Shown here in pieces: positions 13,221 to 30,858 of a stretch of DNA of 64,000 nucleotides. Source of the stretch: Macrostomum lignano (taxonomy: Eukaryota); assembly GCA_002269645.1 (NCBI GenBank), contig NIVC01000500.1, forward strand, positions 62,001 through 126,000, read 5' to 3'. The position numbers and the translations under genes are program-made. Under the pieces are notes generated by a model, which was given only the letters and a program-made list of their open reading frames with translations, had not been told where the DNA came from and made no database searches. Within the stretch, counting starts at the first letter, position 1. Every line of letters begins with the position of its first letter.

Positions 13221-13620
13221 ATGAGACAGACAAGCTCTCGAGATGAGACCAGCCCCAGAATGTGAGATAAACTATGAGACAGACAAGCTCTCGAGATGAG
13301 ACCAGCCCCAGAATGTGAGATAAACTATGAGACAGACAAGCTCTCGAGATGAGACCAGCCCCAGAATGTGAGATAAACTATGAGACAGACAAGCTCTCGA
13401 GATCAGACCAGCCCCAGAATGTGAGATAAACTATGAGATAGACAGGCTCTCGAGATGAGACCAGCCCCAGAATGTGAGATAAACTATGAGACAGACAAGC
13501 TCTCGAGATCAGACCAGCCCCAGAATGTGAGATAAACTATGAGATAGACAGGCTCTCGAGATGAGACCAGCCCCAGAATGTGAGATAAACTATGAGACAG
13601 ACAAGCTCTCGAGATGAGAC
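13221..13620. repeat. 53-bp tandem repeat, ~7.5 copies, just downstream of the glycosyltransferase stop codon
   Basis: ATGAGACAGACAAGCTCTCGAGATGAGACCAGCCCCAGAATGTGAGATAAACT recurs every 53 bp from 13221. Confidence 0.95.
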
Positions 13621-13651
13621 AATCAATACGAGATGACACCCCACTGAGAAA

Positions 13652-17464
<3,813 letters not shown>

Positions 17465-17589
17465 GCTTTTATGAGGTTCGCTGCAAAATTACATAATTTA
17501 TATTCACTTATCTAAGTCTAATGTGTCTTTTTTCTCATGTCTATTGTAACTATTATGTTGCTTACATAAAGGCAAGGGTACTTGTCTGT

Positions 17590-17690
17590 GTCACAGTGCC
17601 TGCCTACCTGTCTGTCTGTCTACCTGCCCGCCTGTCTCTCTCTCTCTCTCTGTCTGTCTTTCTGCCTGCCTGTCTCCCTGTCTGCTTGCC

Positions 17691-17723
<33 letters not shown>

Positions 17724-18217
17724 GCCTGCCTGTCTCCCTGTCTGCTTGCCTGCCTGCCCGCCTGTCTATCTGTCTGTCCGTCTGTCTGCCTGCCTGCCTG
17801 CCCGCCTGTCTGTCTGTCTGTCTTTCTGCCTGCCTGCCCGTCTGTCTGTCTGTCTGTCTTTCTGCCTGCCTGCCCGTCTGTCTGTCTGTCTGTCTGTCTT
17901 TCTGCCTACCCGTCTGTCTGTCTTTCTGTCTTGCTGCCTGCCTGCCCGTCTGTCTGTCTGTCTGTCTTTCTGCCTGCCTGCCCGTCTGTCTGTCTGTCTG
18001 TCTGTCTTTCTGCCTACCCGTCTGTCTGTCTTTCTGTCTTGCTGCCTGCCTGCCCGTCTGTCTTTCTGCCTGCCCGTCTGTCTGTCTATGTCTTTCTGCC
18101 TGCCTGCCCGTCTGTCTGTCTGTCTGTCTTTCTGCCTGCCTGCCCGTCTGTCTGTCTGTCTGTCTTTCTGCCTGCCTGCCCGTCTGTCTGTCTGTCTGTC
18201 TTTCTGCCTGCCTGCCC

Positions 18218-18293
<76 letters not shown>

Positions 18294-18361
18294 TTCTGCC
18301 TACCCGTCTGTCTGTCTGTCTGTCTTGCTGCCTGCCTGCCCGTCTGTCTTTCTGCTTGCCC

Positions 18362-18416
<55 letters not shown>

Positions 18417-18440
18417 GGCCTGCCTGTCTGTCTGTCTGTT
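17590..18440. repeat. Compound (CTGT)n/(CTGC)n microsatellite
   Basis: Directly visible; the VCLS and RQTD ORFs are artefacts. Confidence 0.95.
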
Positions 18441-18452
18441 TTAGTATCAGAA

Positions 18453-21400
18453 CTAGCCAATTCCAACCCCCGTTGGGGCTTTCCGTCAGAACTCCTACCA
18501 AAGTTTTCCCACGCAAAAGAAATTCACCCAACTGAACCCCCCCCCCATCCAAAGAATCTCTAATCCATAAAGTCCCTGATGCAAATAATCTCACGTGCAA
18601 AAAACCCTCATCCAAAGAATCCCATACAAAGAACCTCCCATCGACAGAATCCCCGATCCGAAGAATTCCCCATTCAAGGAATCCTCTATCTGTAGAATTC
18701 CCTATTTAATGAATCGCCCATCCATAGAATCTCACATGCAAAGAATACCAATCCTTCCCGTCCCATCCCATTGATAGAATCCCCGATCCGAAGAATTCCC
18801 CATTCAAGGAATCCTCCCATCTGAAGAATTCCCCGTCCAATAAATCCCTTATTCAAGAAATCCCTCATCCACAGAAACCCTCTATCCAAAGAATCCCCCC
18901 ACCCATCCCTATCCAAAGAATCGCCCATCCATCCCTATCTAAACAATCCCCCATCCATCCCTATCCCAAGAATCCTCCTATTCATCCCTATCCAAAGAAT
19001 TTCCCCATCCATTCCTATCTAAATAATCACCTTAACCATCCATATCCAAAAAATTCCTTCTCCAAAAAATCCCCCCTCTAAATAATTCACATCCTTAAAT
19101 AATCCCCCATCAAAAGCATAATTGGCCAAAGAATCCAGAATCCCCTCATCTAAAGAACCCCCGTTCAAATAACCCCCATCTAAAGAATCATTCATCTAAA
19201 GAATCCCCCATTCAAAAAACCCTCAATCGAAACAATGCCCCACCGAAGAAATTGCCCAATGAATCACCTATTCAAATTTATCCATTAGAAGCATCCCTCA
19301 TCCAAAGAATCATCAATCCATAGAATTCCCCCAAGACTTAACATCTCAGCAATTTCCCCAAGCCTCGACACCTCAGAAATTTTCCCCAAGCATTGACATC
19401 TAAGCAATTCCGGCGCAAGCCTTGACATGTTACCAATTTCTCCCCGTCCAAAGCCTTGACATCTCAGTAATTCCCCTCCCCAAGCCTTGATATCTCAGTA
19501 ATTCTCCCAGTAAGCCTTCATATCTCAGTAATTCCTCCAGTAAGTCTTGACATCTTAGCGATTCCCCTCCCCGAGACTTAAGACCTCAGCAATTCCTTTT
19601 TAAGCCTTCACACCTCAGCAATTCCCCCCACAAGCCTTGGCATCTCAGCAAGTCCCACTTAAGCCTTCACATGTCATTAATTCCCCAAGGTAAGATTTTA
19701 TACATGTATCTCAATAATTCCCCTTGTAAATCTTGACATCTTAAAATTCTCTTCCGAGCAAGCATACCCCAAGAGCAAGCGTCCTTCCGATAGCAAGCAA
19801 CCCCTGATAGAAAGTACCCCCAGCAAGATTAATGAAGCAATTTCCTCAGCTAGCCAATTCCAACTCCCGTTGAGGCTTTCCGTCCAAACTCCAGCCACAG
19901 TTTTCCCACGCAATAAAATTTCACCCAACTGAATCTCCCATACAAAGAATCCCTCATCCAAAGAATACACCACCCATAAAATCCACGATGCAAAGAATCT
20001 CACATGCAAAGAATCCGCCATCCAAAAAACCTCCCATCGACAGAATCCCCGATCCGAAGAATTCCCCATTCAAGGAATTCTCCTATCTGAAGAATTGCCC
20101 ATCCATAGAATCTTACATGCAGAGAATCCCCATCCAAAGAACCCCCATCGATAGAATCCCCGATCCGAAGAATCCCCCTATCCATCCCTATCCAAAAAAT
20201 CCTCGACCTCCATCCATATCAAAAAATCTCCCATCCAAAGAACCCTATCAATAGAATCCCGGATCCAAAGAATTCCCCATTCAAGGAATTCTCCTATCTG
20301 AAGAATTTCCCATCCAATGCATTGCCCATCCATAACATCTCACATGCAAAGAATCCCCTTCAAAAGAATCCCTATTAAAAGAGTCCCTCATTCACAGAGT
20401 CCCCATCGAAAGAATCCCCCACCCATCCATATCCAAAGAATCCCCCACCCATCCATATCCAAAGAATCTCCCACCCATCCATATCCAAAGAATCCCCCAC
20501 CCATCCATATCCAAAGAATCCCCCACCCATCCAAATCCAAAGAATCCCCCACCCATCCATATCCAAAGAATCCCCCACCCATCCATATCCAAAGAATCCC
20601 CCCACCCATCTATATCCAAAGAATCCCCCTCCCATCCATATCCAAAGAACCCCCCACCCATCCATATCCAAAGAATCCCCCATCCATCCCTATCGAAAAA
20701 ATGCCCCTATTTATCCCTATCCAAAGAATCCTCCTATCCATCCCCATCCATTCCTAACTAAAGAATCTCCCTCCAAAAAATCCCCATGCAAATAATCCAC
20801 GTCCAAATAATCCCCATCCACAGAATCTCCATCCACATTATCCATTGATTCTCCCATCAAAAGAATAATTGGCCAAAAATTACCCTCATCTAAAAAAACC
20901 CGTTCAAAAAACTTTACGTCCAAATAATCCCCATCAACAGAATCCCCCATTCAAGGAATCCAAAGAAACTCCCATCCAAATAATCCGCCCATGAATAGAA
21001 TTCTTGGCCAAAGAATCCCCTCATCTCCTCGAGATATCCATTAGAAGCATCTCTCGTTCAAAGATTCCCCGATCCATAGAATTCCTCCCCAAGACTTAAC
21101 ATCTCAGCAATTCCCACCAAGCCCTGACACCTCAGAAATTCCCTCCAAGCCTTGACATCTCAGCAATTCACTCTTAAGCCTTGGCATCTCAGTAATTCTC
21201 TCAGTAAGCCCTTATATCTCAGTAATTCCCCCAGTAAGTCTTGACATCTCAGCAATTCCCCTCACGTCTTGATATCTCAGCAATTCCCTCTTAGCCTTGG
21301 CATCTCAGTTTAATAATTTTTTTTGAATATAATACTCGTAGCTTCTCTTCTACCTGATTTACCTGACGTTTTTTTAGTTTTCTTTAGCTAAAAAGTTTAA

Positions 21401-22798
21401 AATTAATTTTTTTTAATAAAATACTTCTACAATTTAAAAATTCGAACCCACGTCGCTGCATTAGCAGGTCAGTCTGTTTACCTCTAGGCTATCTCTCAAT
21501 GCTTTGATAACATAAATTGTAGCACTTACATAATTCAACACTTTCAAAACTCCACGCACAGAGTAAATCACGCAAAGCAGTTATGACATAATTTCTCAGC
21601 CAGTCTGTATCAGTTTCAAATAAAGTCACCAATATGGTTACGCAATCTAAATCTAAATTCAATGGCGCTGGCTTGAATTGTGGAATTGCGATAAAGTAGG
21701 GGTTTGCGATATTGGAGAGCGTACAATGAGTATATAAAGTAAAATTCAAAGGAATCTTCTTTTTAATGCTGTGCTTTTAATTTTTCGAATCTACGAGTAA
21801 GCAAAGAAATTATTCCCGAACTCAGCGTTTCAAGCTCTTTCTAGCAATACAAGGCTCTCTTCTGAAAGTAAAAAACTCGAAGCACAAACAACGATTGAAC
21901 ATTCCTGCTTTAAAGCATTCAAATTCATAAGGCGTACATTCAGCGCCAGCTACAGTAAGAGGCCTGCAAGTTGATGCATTGAAATTAACAACCAAGCCAG
22001 CCCATGAATAATTGAATAGCGACACCCGCCCCTCAATTAAAATGTGTTGCGCAACCTTTCAACGCTTGTAGCTCTCCACGCGAGTGTGGAGAACCAATGC
22101 TATAGTTGGCACTGAGTTATGATGCAATACAATTCCATCGGCCGGCAGACTGCTTCTCAATCGGAAAGAACTGTTTGAACTTTAAAAAACAGGGAGAAAA
22201 TTGAGTTTTTCGAATATTTAAGCCCGAAATAATGAAGCAATTTCTTAGCAAAATTTTGTGTACCTGCGCACCATCAATACGCATCGAATGCAGAAAACCC
22301 CACGAAATTCCGACCATGTAGAGTCAAGTTAAGCGAAGGTTCCTATAGGTACATAGTTTTGATTTTTAGTATATTGGATCCTATAGGTACATAGTTTTGA
22401 TTTTTAGTATATTGGAAGCATCCAGAATTTTTATTATACCCCCCCCTTAATTGGTTACGCAAGTTAAATAGAGTAATTATCTGGGCAGTGGGGCAAAGTG
22501 AATTTTCTTATCAGTTGGCTCTGGCGCAATCATTAAAATTGGCTGTGAAGTTTCTCGCTGCGCGCAGGCTGATAAAAAAATACACTAAAAAGGCCATTTA
22601 AAACAGTTTTTCGAATATTTAATCCCCTTAGCATTGAGCTAGAGCTTAATAAAATTACATGTACCGTCCCGGGCACATTTGACATCTTTTGGCGAAGAAA
22701 CGGAGAAAATCGGTTGAGCCTTTTGGGAGATAACCTGTTACATACCCACAGACAGACAGGGCCGGTGGAGGGGGGGTTGCTACTTTAGATATATTAGA
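18453..22798 (-). mobile_element. Non-autonomous Helitron-like element 'A', copy 1 (4346 bp)
   Basis: Minus strand starts A|TCTAATATATCTAAAG...CTGTCTGTC and ends GCCCCAACGGGGGT-TGGAATTGG-CTAG|T (hairpin, CTAG, then T). Near-identical copy at 30859-35710. No transposase ORF. Confidence 0.8.
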
Positions 22799-25700
22799 TT
22801 AGACGAGGCCAACTCCTCCTTCGGAGAAGAAAGGGGAAGAACTCCCATCACCGGAATCCCATTTCCTGAACTCTCTGCGAAACAGAAATCGTCTCCGTGA
22901 AACTGAACACCATCAAAATCCTCTCCGCGAAAATTCTCTCCGTGTAACTGGACTCAATTGAATTTTCTCCATCAAACAGAACCCAGCTCTCAGAATTCAT
23001 TGGTTATGGTTAGGGTTAGGGTTAGAGCTACACACAGCTGCGTGTTGAAAGGCGCCGTAAAGACATCGAACCAATTAAATTGCGCAACTTATTTCTCAGG
23101 CAGTCAGTATCAGCCTCGGTTAAAGTTAACAAAAAAATTGCGCAATCTAAATCAACCCTTCAATACACAGCGACCGAACCCCTTCGAATACGCAGTGCAG
23201 CTAGAAATTGAACCCCCCCCCACTGTTGGGGGTCTGTCAAACCCTTATTGAACCCCCGAAATGGAGTACAATCTTTGCAAAAAGTTAAAAGTATTGAAAT
23301 CGCTTTTCGAATGCTGTGCTTTTAATTTTCACATTTAGAGCAAACAACTTATATCCCCTAACTCAGCGTTGCAACCTCTTTCCAGCAATATAAGTCTCTT
23401 CTCTTAAAGTTTAAAACTCGAGGAACAGTTTGGCTTTGAAATTTCCCGTTTTAAGGAATTGAACTATCGAGTGTACGTTCACTGCCTGCAGCAGTGGGAG
23501 GCTCGCAAGTTTATTCATTAAATTTTACTGTCCAACAAATACATAGTGTCCAACAAATACACAGGGCTGCCTATTGAAAATCAGAAAACATATCGTTGCG
23601 CAATTGTCTATACAATCAGCCAGTGAGCTAGGGTCCGATTGTACACACGCAGCCACTGAGAACGCCCCCATTCCCCCATTGGAGAGAAAATACACTGCCG
23701 AGATAGGAGAAAGTTGTGGCGTAATCACTAAAAATTGATGCCAACTGGCCCAGTTACACCCCTTCAGCTAAAAGAATACACTACACAGATAGGCCAGCTG
23801 TTGTGGCGCAATCACTAAGAGTTGCGCAAGGTGGATCAGATTCCCTATTGTTATATTATTTCTGCTTTTTTAGGGATCTTAAAATGTAAAAATGAAAGAT
23901 TAAAATAGCTATAAACCCAACCCGGAAAATTTGCAGTTTACCCATATAAGTTTCAACGCTGAGTTGCAAGTAGTCTAGGAGAAAAATTGCAACATACAGA
24001 CAGACAAACATCGCACCAACTTTAGTATTAAGACGAGGCCAACTCCTCCTTCGGAGAAGAAAGGGGAAGAACTCCAATCAGCGGAATTCCATTCCCTGAA
24101 CTCCATCAGCGGAATCCCATTTTCCAACACCTCTCCGCGCAACAGAAATCGTCTCCGTGAAACTGAACACTATCGAAATCCTCTCCGTGAAACTGAACAC
24201 CATCGAAATATTCTCCGCGAAATAGAAATCCTCTCCGTGAAACTGGACTAAATCGAAATTTCTCCGTCAAACAGCCCAGCTCTCAGAATTCATTGGTTAG
24301 GGTTAGGGTTAGGGTTAGAGCTACACACAGCTGCGTGTTGAAAGGCGCCGTAAAAACATTGAACCAATTAAATTGCGCAACTTATTTCTCAGGCAGTCAG
24401 TATCAGCGTCGGTTAAAGTTAACAAAAAGATTGCGCAATCTAAATCAGCCCTCAAATACACAGCAACCGACCCCCTTCCAATACGCAGTGCAGCTAGAAA
24501 TTGAACCCCCCCTACTAACTATTGGGGGGGGGGGTCGGTCGAACCCCCATTGAACTCCAAAATGAGCAAAATCTTTGCAGAAAGCTAAAAGTATGAAAAT
24601 CTTTTCTTGAATGCTGTGAATTTAATTTTCATATTTAAAGCAAAAAACTTATATCCCCGAACTCATCGCAGCAAGATCTTTCCAGCAATATAAGTCTCTC
24701 CTCTCTAAGTTCAAAACTCGAGCAACAGTTAGTGTTTGAAACTTTCTGATTTTAAGCATTGAAATATCGAGTGTACGTTCACTGCCTGCTAAAGATGCTC
24801 GCAAGTTTATGCGTAAAAATGCACTGAATTTCACTGTGCAAAAAATACACAGGGCTGCCTGTTAAAAAACAGAACACAAATAGTTGCGCAATTGTCTATA
24901 AAGTCAGCCAGTGAGCCAGGGTCCGATTGTACACACGCCGCCAATGAGAACGCGCCCATTCCCCCACAGGATAGAAAACGCACTGGCGACATAGGAAAAA
25001 GTTGTGGCGTAATCACTCAAAATTTATGCCAATTTTCAGCTCCGAGCAGAAAGAGGGGACAAATAAGATTATCAAAGGTCAGAATTGCTGCTTTCTGCTT
25101 TTTTAGGGATCTTAAAATTTAAAAATGAAAGATTAAAATAGCCTAAAGCCATCCTCGGAAAATTTGCAGTTTTCCCATATAAGTTTCAACGCTGAGTTGC
25201 AAGTATTCTAGGAGGAGTTATCGAACTGACATACATACAGACAAACATCGCACCAACTTTAGTATATACGAGGCCAACTCCTCCTTCGGAGAAGAAAGGG
25301 GAAGAACTCCAATCAGCGGAATTCCATTCCCTGAACTCCATCAGCGGAATCCCATTTTCCAACACCTCTCCGCGCAACAGAAATCGTCTCCGTGAAACTG
25401 AAAACTATCGAAATCCTCTCCGTGAAACTGAACACCATCGAAATATTCTCCGCGAAATAGAAATCCTCTCCGTGAAACTGGACTAAATCGAAATTTCTAC
25501 GTCAAACAGCCCAGCTCTCAGAAATCATTGGTTAAGGTTAGGGTTAGGGTTAGAGCTACACACAGCTGCGTGTTGAAAGACGCCGTAAAAATATTGAACC
25601 AATTAAATTGCGCAACTTATTTCTCAGGCAGTCAGTATCAGCCTCAGTTAAAGTTAACAAAAAGATTGCGCAATCTAAATCAACCCTCAAATACACAGCA

Positions 25701-28700
25701 ACCGACCCCCCTTCCAATACGCAGTGCAGCTAGAAATTGAACCCCCCCCCCACCAACTATTGGGGGGTCGGTCGAACCCCCATTGAACTCCAAAATGAGC
25801 ACAATCTTTGCAGAAAGCTAAAAGTATGAAAATCTTTTCTTGAATGCTGTGAATTTAATTTTCATATTTAAAGCAAAAAACTTATATCCCCGAACTCATT
25901 GCAGCAAGATCTTTCCAGCAATATAAGTCTCTCCTCTCTAAGTTCAAAACTCGAGCAACAGTTAGTGTTTGAAACTTTCTGATTTTAAGCATTGAAATAT
26001 CGAGTGTACCTTCACTGCCTGCTAAAGATGCTCGCGAGTTTATGCATTAAAATGCACTGAATTTCACTGTGCAAAAAATACACAGGGCTTCCTGTTAAAA
26101 AACAGAACACAAATAGTTGCGCAATTGTCTATAAAGTCAGCCAGTGAGCCAGGGTCCAATTGTACACACGCCGCCAATGAGAACGCGCCCATTCCCCCAC
26201 AGGAGAGAAAATGCACTGGCGACATAGGAAAAAGTTGTGGCGTAATCACTCAAAATTTATGCAAATTTTCAGCTCCGAGCAGAAAAAGTGTCCAGAGAAG
26301 GTTAGGAAATCAGATTTCTGCTTTTTTAGGGATCTTAAAATAAAAAAATGAAAGATTAAAACAGCCTAAAGCCGATTCCGGAAAATTTGCAGTATTCCCA
26401 TATAAGTTTCAACGCTGAGTTGCACGTAGTCTAGGAGGAGATATCCTACAAACAAACAGACAAACAAACAAACAAACAACGCACCAACTTTAGTATTAAC
26501 GAGGCCAACTCCTCCTCTGGAGGAGAAAGGGGAAGAACTCCCATCACCGGAATTCCATTCCCTGAAATCCATCAGCTGAAATTCCATGACTTGAATCCCA
26601 TCTTCCAAATCATCTCCAAATCCTCTGTAAAGCCTTTCAAATACCATATCTTGTTTTCCCTGTTCGCAAAAACTGACTGCCATTGTCCAGACTCAGATTC
26701 TTCTGTCTCCTCTCTTCTCTTTTCTCTCCTCTCACGTCTCTCATCTCTACCACCTTATTTATCTCTTCTCCCTCGTCTTTCGTCTTTCTCTCCTGTCTCC
26801 TTTATCCCCTGTTTTCTCCTCTCTCCTCTCTTCTCTCCTCTCTCATCTCTCATCCCTCATGCCTCATCTCACTATTTCTTTCTCCTCTACTCTCAGCTCC
26901 TCTCTTCTCTCTCCTCTCCTCTCTCCTGTCTCCCTCTGCTATCTCATATCTTCCCTCTCATCTCCTCTCTCCTCTTTTCTTCTCTCTCCATCTTCGTTCC
27001 CGCCTTACTCCCCTCTTCTCTCCCATCTGTCATGTCTAATCTGCCCTCTCTCATCTCTACTCTCTTTTCTATAATCTCTTCTCTCTTCTCTTTTCACTCT
27101 TCTCTTTACTCTCTTTACTGACTGACTGAAGATACCAAATCCATCAAAATCCCTCCATGAAACAGAAACCCTCTCCGTGAAACTGGACTCCTTTCGAAAT
27201 CCAATCCGCCAAACAGAAATCCTCTCCGTGAAACTGGGCTCCATGGAAATCCTCTGAGTGAAACTGACATCCATCAAAATCGTCTCCGTAAAACAGAAAT
27301 ACATCTAGATTCTCTCCACGAAAAAGAAATCCTCTCCGTGAAACCGAAAACCATCAGAATACTCCGTGAAACTGGACTCAATCGAAATTTTCTCTGTCAA
27401 AAAGAACTTAACTCTCAGAATTCATTGGTTAGGGTTAGGGTTAGAGCTGCACAGAGCTGCGTGTTGAATTAATTGAATCAATTAATTGCGCAAACCATTT
27501 CTCAGTCAGACAGTATCAGTCTTATTTAAAGTTAAATAAACGGTTGCGCAATCTAAATCAACCCTCCAATACGCAGCGGCAGACCCCCTTCCAATACGCC
27601 CAACTTTATCTATTACGTCTCGCAAAACTGAGTACAATTTTTGCAGAAAGTTAAAAGTATGGAAATAGTTTTTTAAATGCTGTGCTTTTTCTTTTCATAT
27701 TTAAAGCATACAACTTATATCCCCGAACTCAGCGTTGCAAGATCTTTCCAGCAATATAAGTCTCTCCTCTCAAAGTTTAAAACTCGAGGAACAGTTAGCG
27801 TTTGAAATTTACCGATTTCCCGACTGCTTGCTAGAGAAGCTCGCAAGTTTATTCATTGAATTTCACTGCCAAACTAATACACAGGGCTGCCAATAATAAA
27901 ACCAAATGAATCTCGACACAGTCTATCTATTTACACTGTACAACTGCTATGTACACTCAGCCCAAGCCCAACCCCCAGTCTGGGGAATCATTAAATTGAA
28001 CTTAACCCCCAACACGCGGGGGTTTTATTTGCATTGAACGCAGAACACGCGCACCCACCACCCCTCAATACACAGCGGCCCGCGGGCGGAGGTTGGGGTG
28101 GCTATTTTTACAAACTGGCTGAAGCCCCAGGCAGAGTGACCAAAGAAGGTTATTGGGGGTTAAAAAAGCAGTTTTCTGCTTTTTTAGGGATGTTAAAATG
28201 TGAAAATTAAAAATTAAAATAGCCTAAAGCCTGCTCCGGAAAATTTGCAGTTTTCCCATATAAGTTTCGACGTTGACTTGGCAGAATTGTAGGAGTTCAC
28301 TTGCTACATACAGACAGACAGACATACAGACAGACAAACATCGCGTCGGTTTTAGTATTAGGAGACGAGTGGAACTCCTCCTTCGGAGGAGAAAGGGGAA
28401 GAACTCCCATCACCGGAATTCTATTCCCTGAAATATCCATCAACTGAAATTCCATGTCTTTAACCCTATCTTCCAAATCGTCTCCAAATTCTTTACAAAA
28501 TCTTTCAAAGACCATAGCTCAAAGACTCTCAAGTCTCTCATATCTCCTCTCTCCTCTCTCTCATCTCATCTCTACCCCTGCTCCCTTATTTATCTCTTCT
28601 CCCTCGTCTTTCGTCTGTACCTTCTCCTGTCTTCTGTCTCCTCTCTTCACTCTTATCTCTCCCTCTTCTCTCCTCTCTCATATGTCATCTCTACTCACTT

Positions 28701-29628
28701 ATCTATCGTCTCTCTTAACCCTCTTTCTCTCTTCTCTTTTCTCTTCTCTCTGCTCTCATTTCTCATATTTCATATACGCTCTGACACTACTTTCTTGTCT
28801 CCCATCTTTCTTCCTCCTTTTCACTATCCCCTGTCTCTTCTCTTCTCTCTTTTCTATTCTCTCCATTCTCTCTTTTCTCATTTCCTTGCTCCTTTCATCT
28901 CTCTCCTCTCTCCTCACTCTCTTCTCCTTTCGCTTCTCTCTCCTCTCTCTCCTCTCATCTTTACTACCTTATTTATATCTTCTCCTTAGTCTTTCGTCTG
29001 TACTCTCTCCTGTCTCCTCTCTCCCCTGCTCTCTCATCCCTCATCTCCTCATCTCACTCTTTCTTTCTCCTCTACTCTCCCCTCTCTTATATTGCCTCTG
29101 TACGCTCTTATCCCTCATCTATTCTCTCTCCTATCATCTCCAATCTGTCATGTCTAATCTCTCCACTCAATTATACTCTGTTTTCTATCATCTCTTCTCT
29201 CTTCTCTTTTCAGTCTTCTCTTTACTCTCTTCTCTGACTGATTGAAGATGCCAAATCCATCAAGATCCTCTCCGCGAAGCAAAAATCCTGTCTGTGCAAC
29301 TAAAAACCATCGAAATCCTCTCAGTGAAACTGGACTCCTTCGAAATCCTCTCCTTGAAACTTAAATCCATCAAAATTGTTTCCATAAAACAGAAATCAAT
29401 CATAAATTATCTCCGCGAAACAGAAAGCCTCTCCGTGAAGCTGAACATGATCGAAATCCTCTCCGTGAAACTGAACACCATGGAAATCCTTTCGTGAAAC
29501 TGAACATCATCGAAATCCTCTCCACGAAACAGAAATCTTCTCCGTCAGAATTTAAACATTGAAATCGTCTCCGTTAAACTTGACTTAATCGAATTTTTTC
29601 CGTCAAACAACTTAACTCGCCAGATTCA

Positions 29629-29662
29629 TTAGGGTTAGGGTTAGGGTTAGGGTTAGGGTTAG
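29629..29662 (+). repeat. Interstitial telomeric tract (TTAGGG)5TTAG within unit B5
   Basis: Read directly; longest of seven homologous tracts. Confidence 0.95.
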
Positions 29663-30858
29663 AACTACGCACAGCTTCGTGTTAAAAGGCACAGATAAAA
29701 ATATTGAACTAATTGAATCAATTCATTGCGCAACCGATTTCACAGTCAGTATCAGTCTCAGTTAAATTTAACCAAAAGATTGCGCAATTTAAATCAACCC
29801 TCCAGTACACAGAGACCGACCCCTTTTCAATACGCTGTGGCAGTTAGAAATTGAACCCCCATCTGTTGGGGGCATTGAACCAAAAAATGAGTACAATCTT
29901 TGCATAAAGCTAAAAGTATGGAAATAGTTTTTTTGATGCTGCTCTTTTAGTCTTTATATTGAAAGCTAACAATTTATATCCTCGAACTCAGCATTGCAAG
30001 ATCTTTTCAGCAGTATAAGTCTCTTCTCTTAAAGTTTAGAACTCGAAGAGCAGTTAGCGTTTGAAAGTTTCCGTTTTAAAGCATTAAAATATCGAGTGTA
30101 CGTTCACTGCCTGCCAAAGAGGCTCGCAAGTTGATTCATTCATTACACAGGCTGGCTATTACACAGGGCAGCGTATTGAAAGGCACAGATAATAAAACAA
30201 ATTGATGGTGCAACCGATTTCACAGTCAGTCAGTATCAGTCTCAGTTAAAGTTAACAAAAACATTGCGCAATCTAAATCAACCCTCCAATACACAGCAGC
30301 AGTGAGAAGTTGAACCCTCCCCCAACTTTATCTATTACGTCTCGCAAAACTGAGCACAATTTTTGCAGAAAGTTAAAAGCATGGAAATAGTTTTTTCAAT
30401 GCTGGGCTTTTTCTTTACACATTTAAAGCAAACAACTTATATCCCCGAACTCAGCGTTGCAAGATCTTTCCAGCAATATAAGTTTCTCCTCTGAAAGTTT
30501 AAAACTCGAGGAACAGTTAGCGTTTGAATTTACCAATTTCCCGACTACTTGCTAGAGAAGCTCGCAAGTTTATTCATTGAATTTCACTGCCAAACTAATA
30601 CACAGGGCCGATAATAAAAAATGAACCAATTGAATCAATTGATTGTGCAATATATTTCTGTGTTAGTCAGTATCAGTCTCAGTTAAAGTTAACAAACAGA
30701 TTGCGCAATCTAAATCAACCCTCAAATACACACCGACCGACCTCCTAACTGTTGGGGGGTCGGTCGAACGCCATTGAAATCCTAAAATGAGTACAATCTT
30801 TGCAGAAAGTTTAAAGTATGGAAATAGTTTTTGCAATGCAGAGCTTTTAGTTTTCATA

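Noticed and set aside
13221-13620. 53-bp repeat as a CRISPR or structured RNA array
   Set aside because: Simple head-to-tail near-identical units with no spacers.
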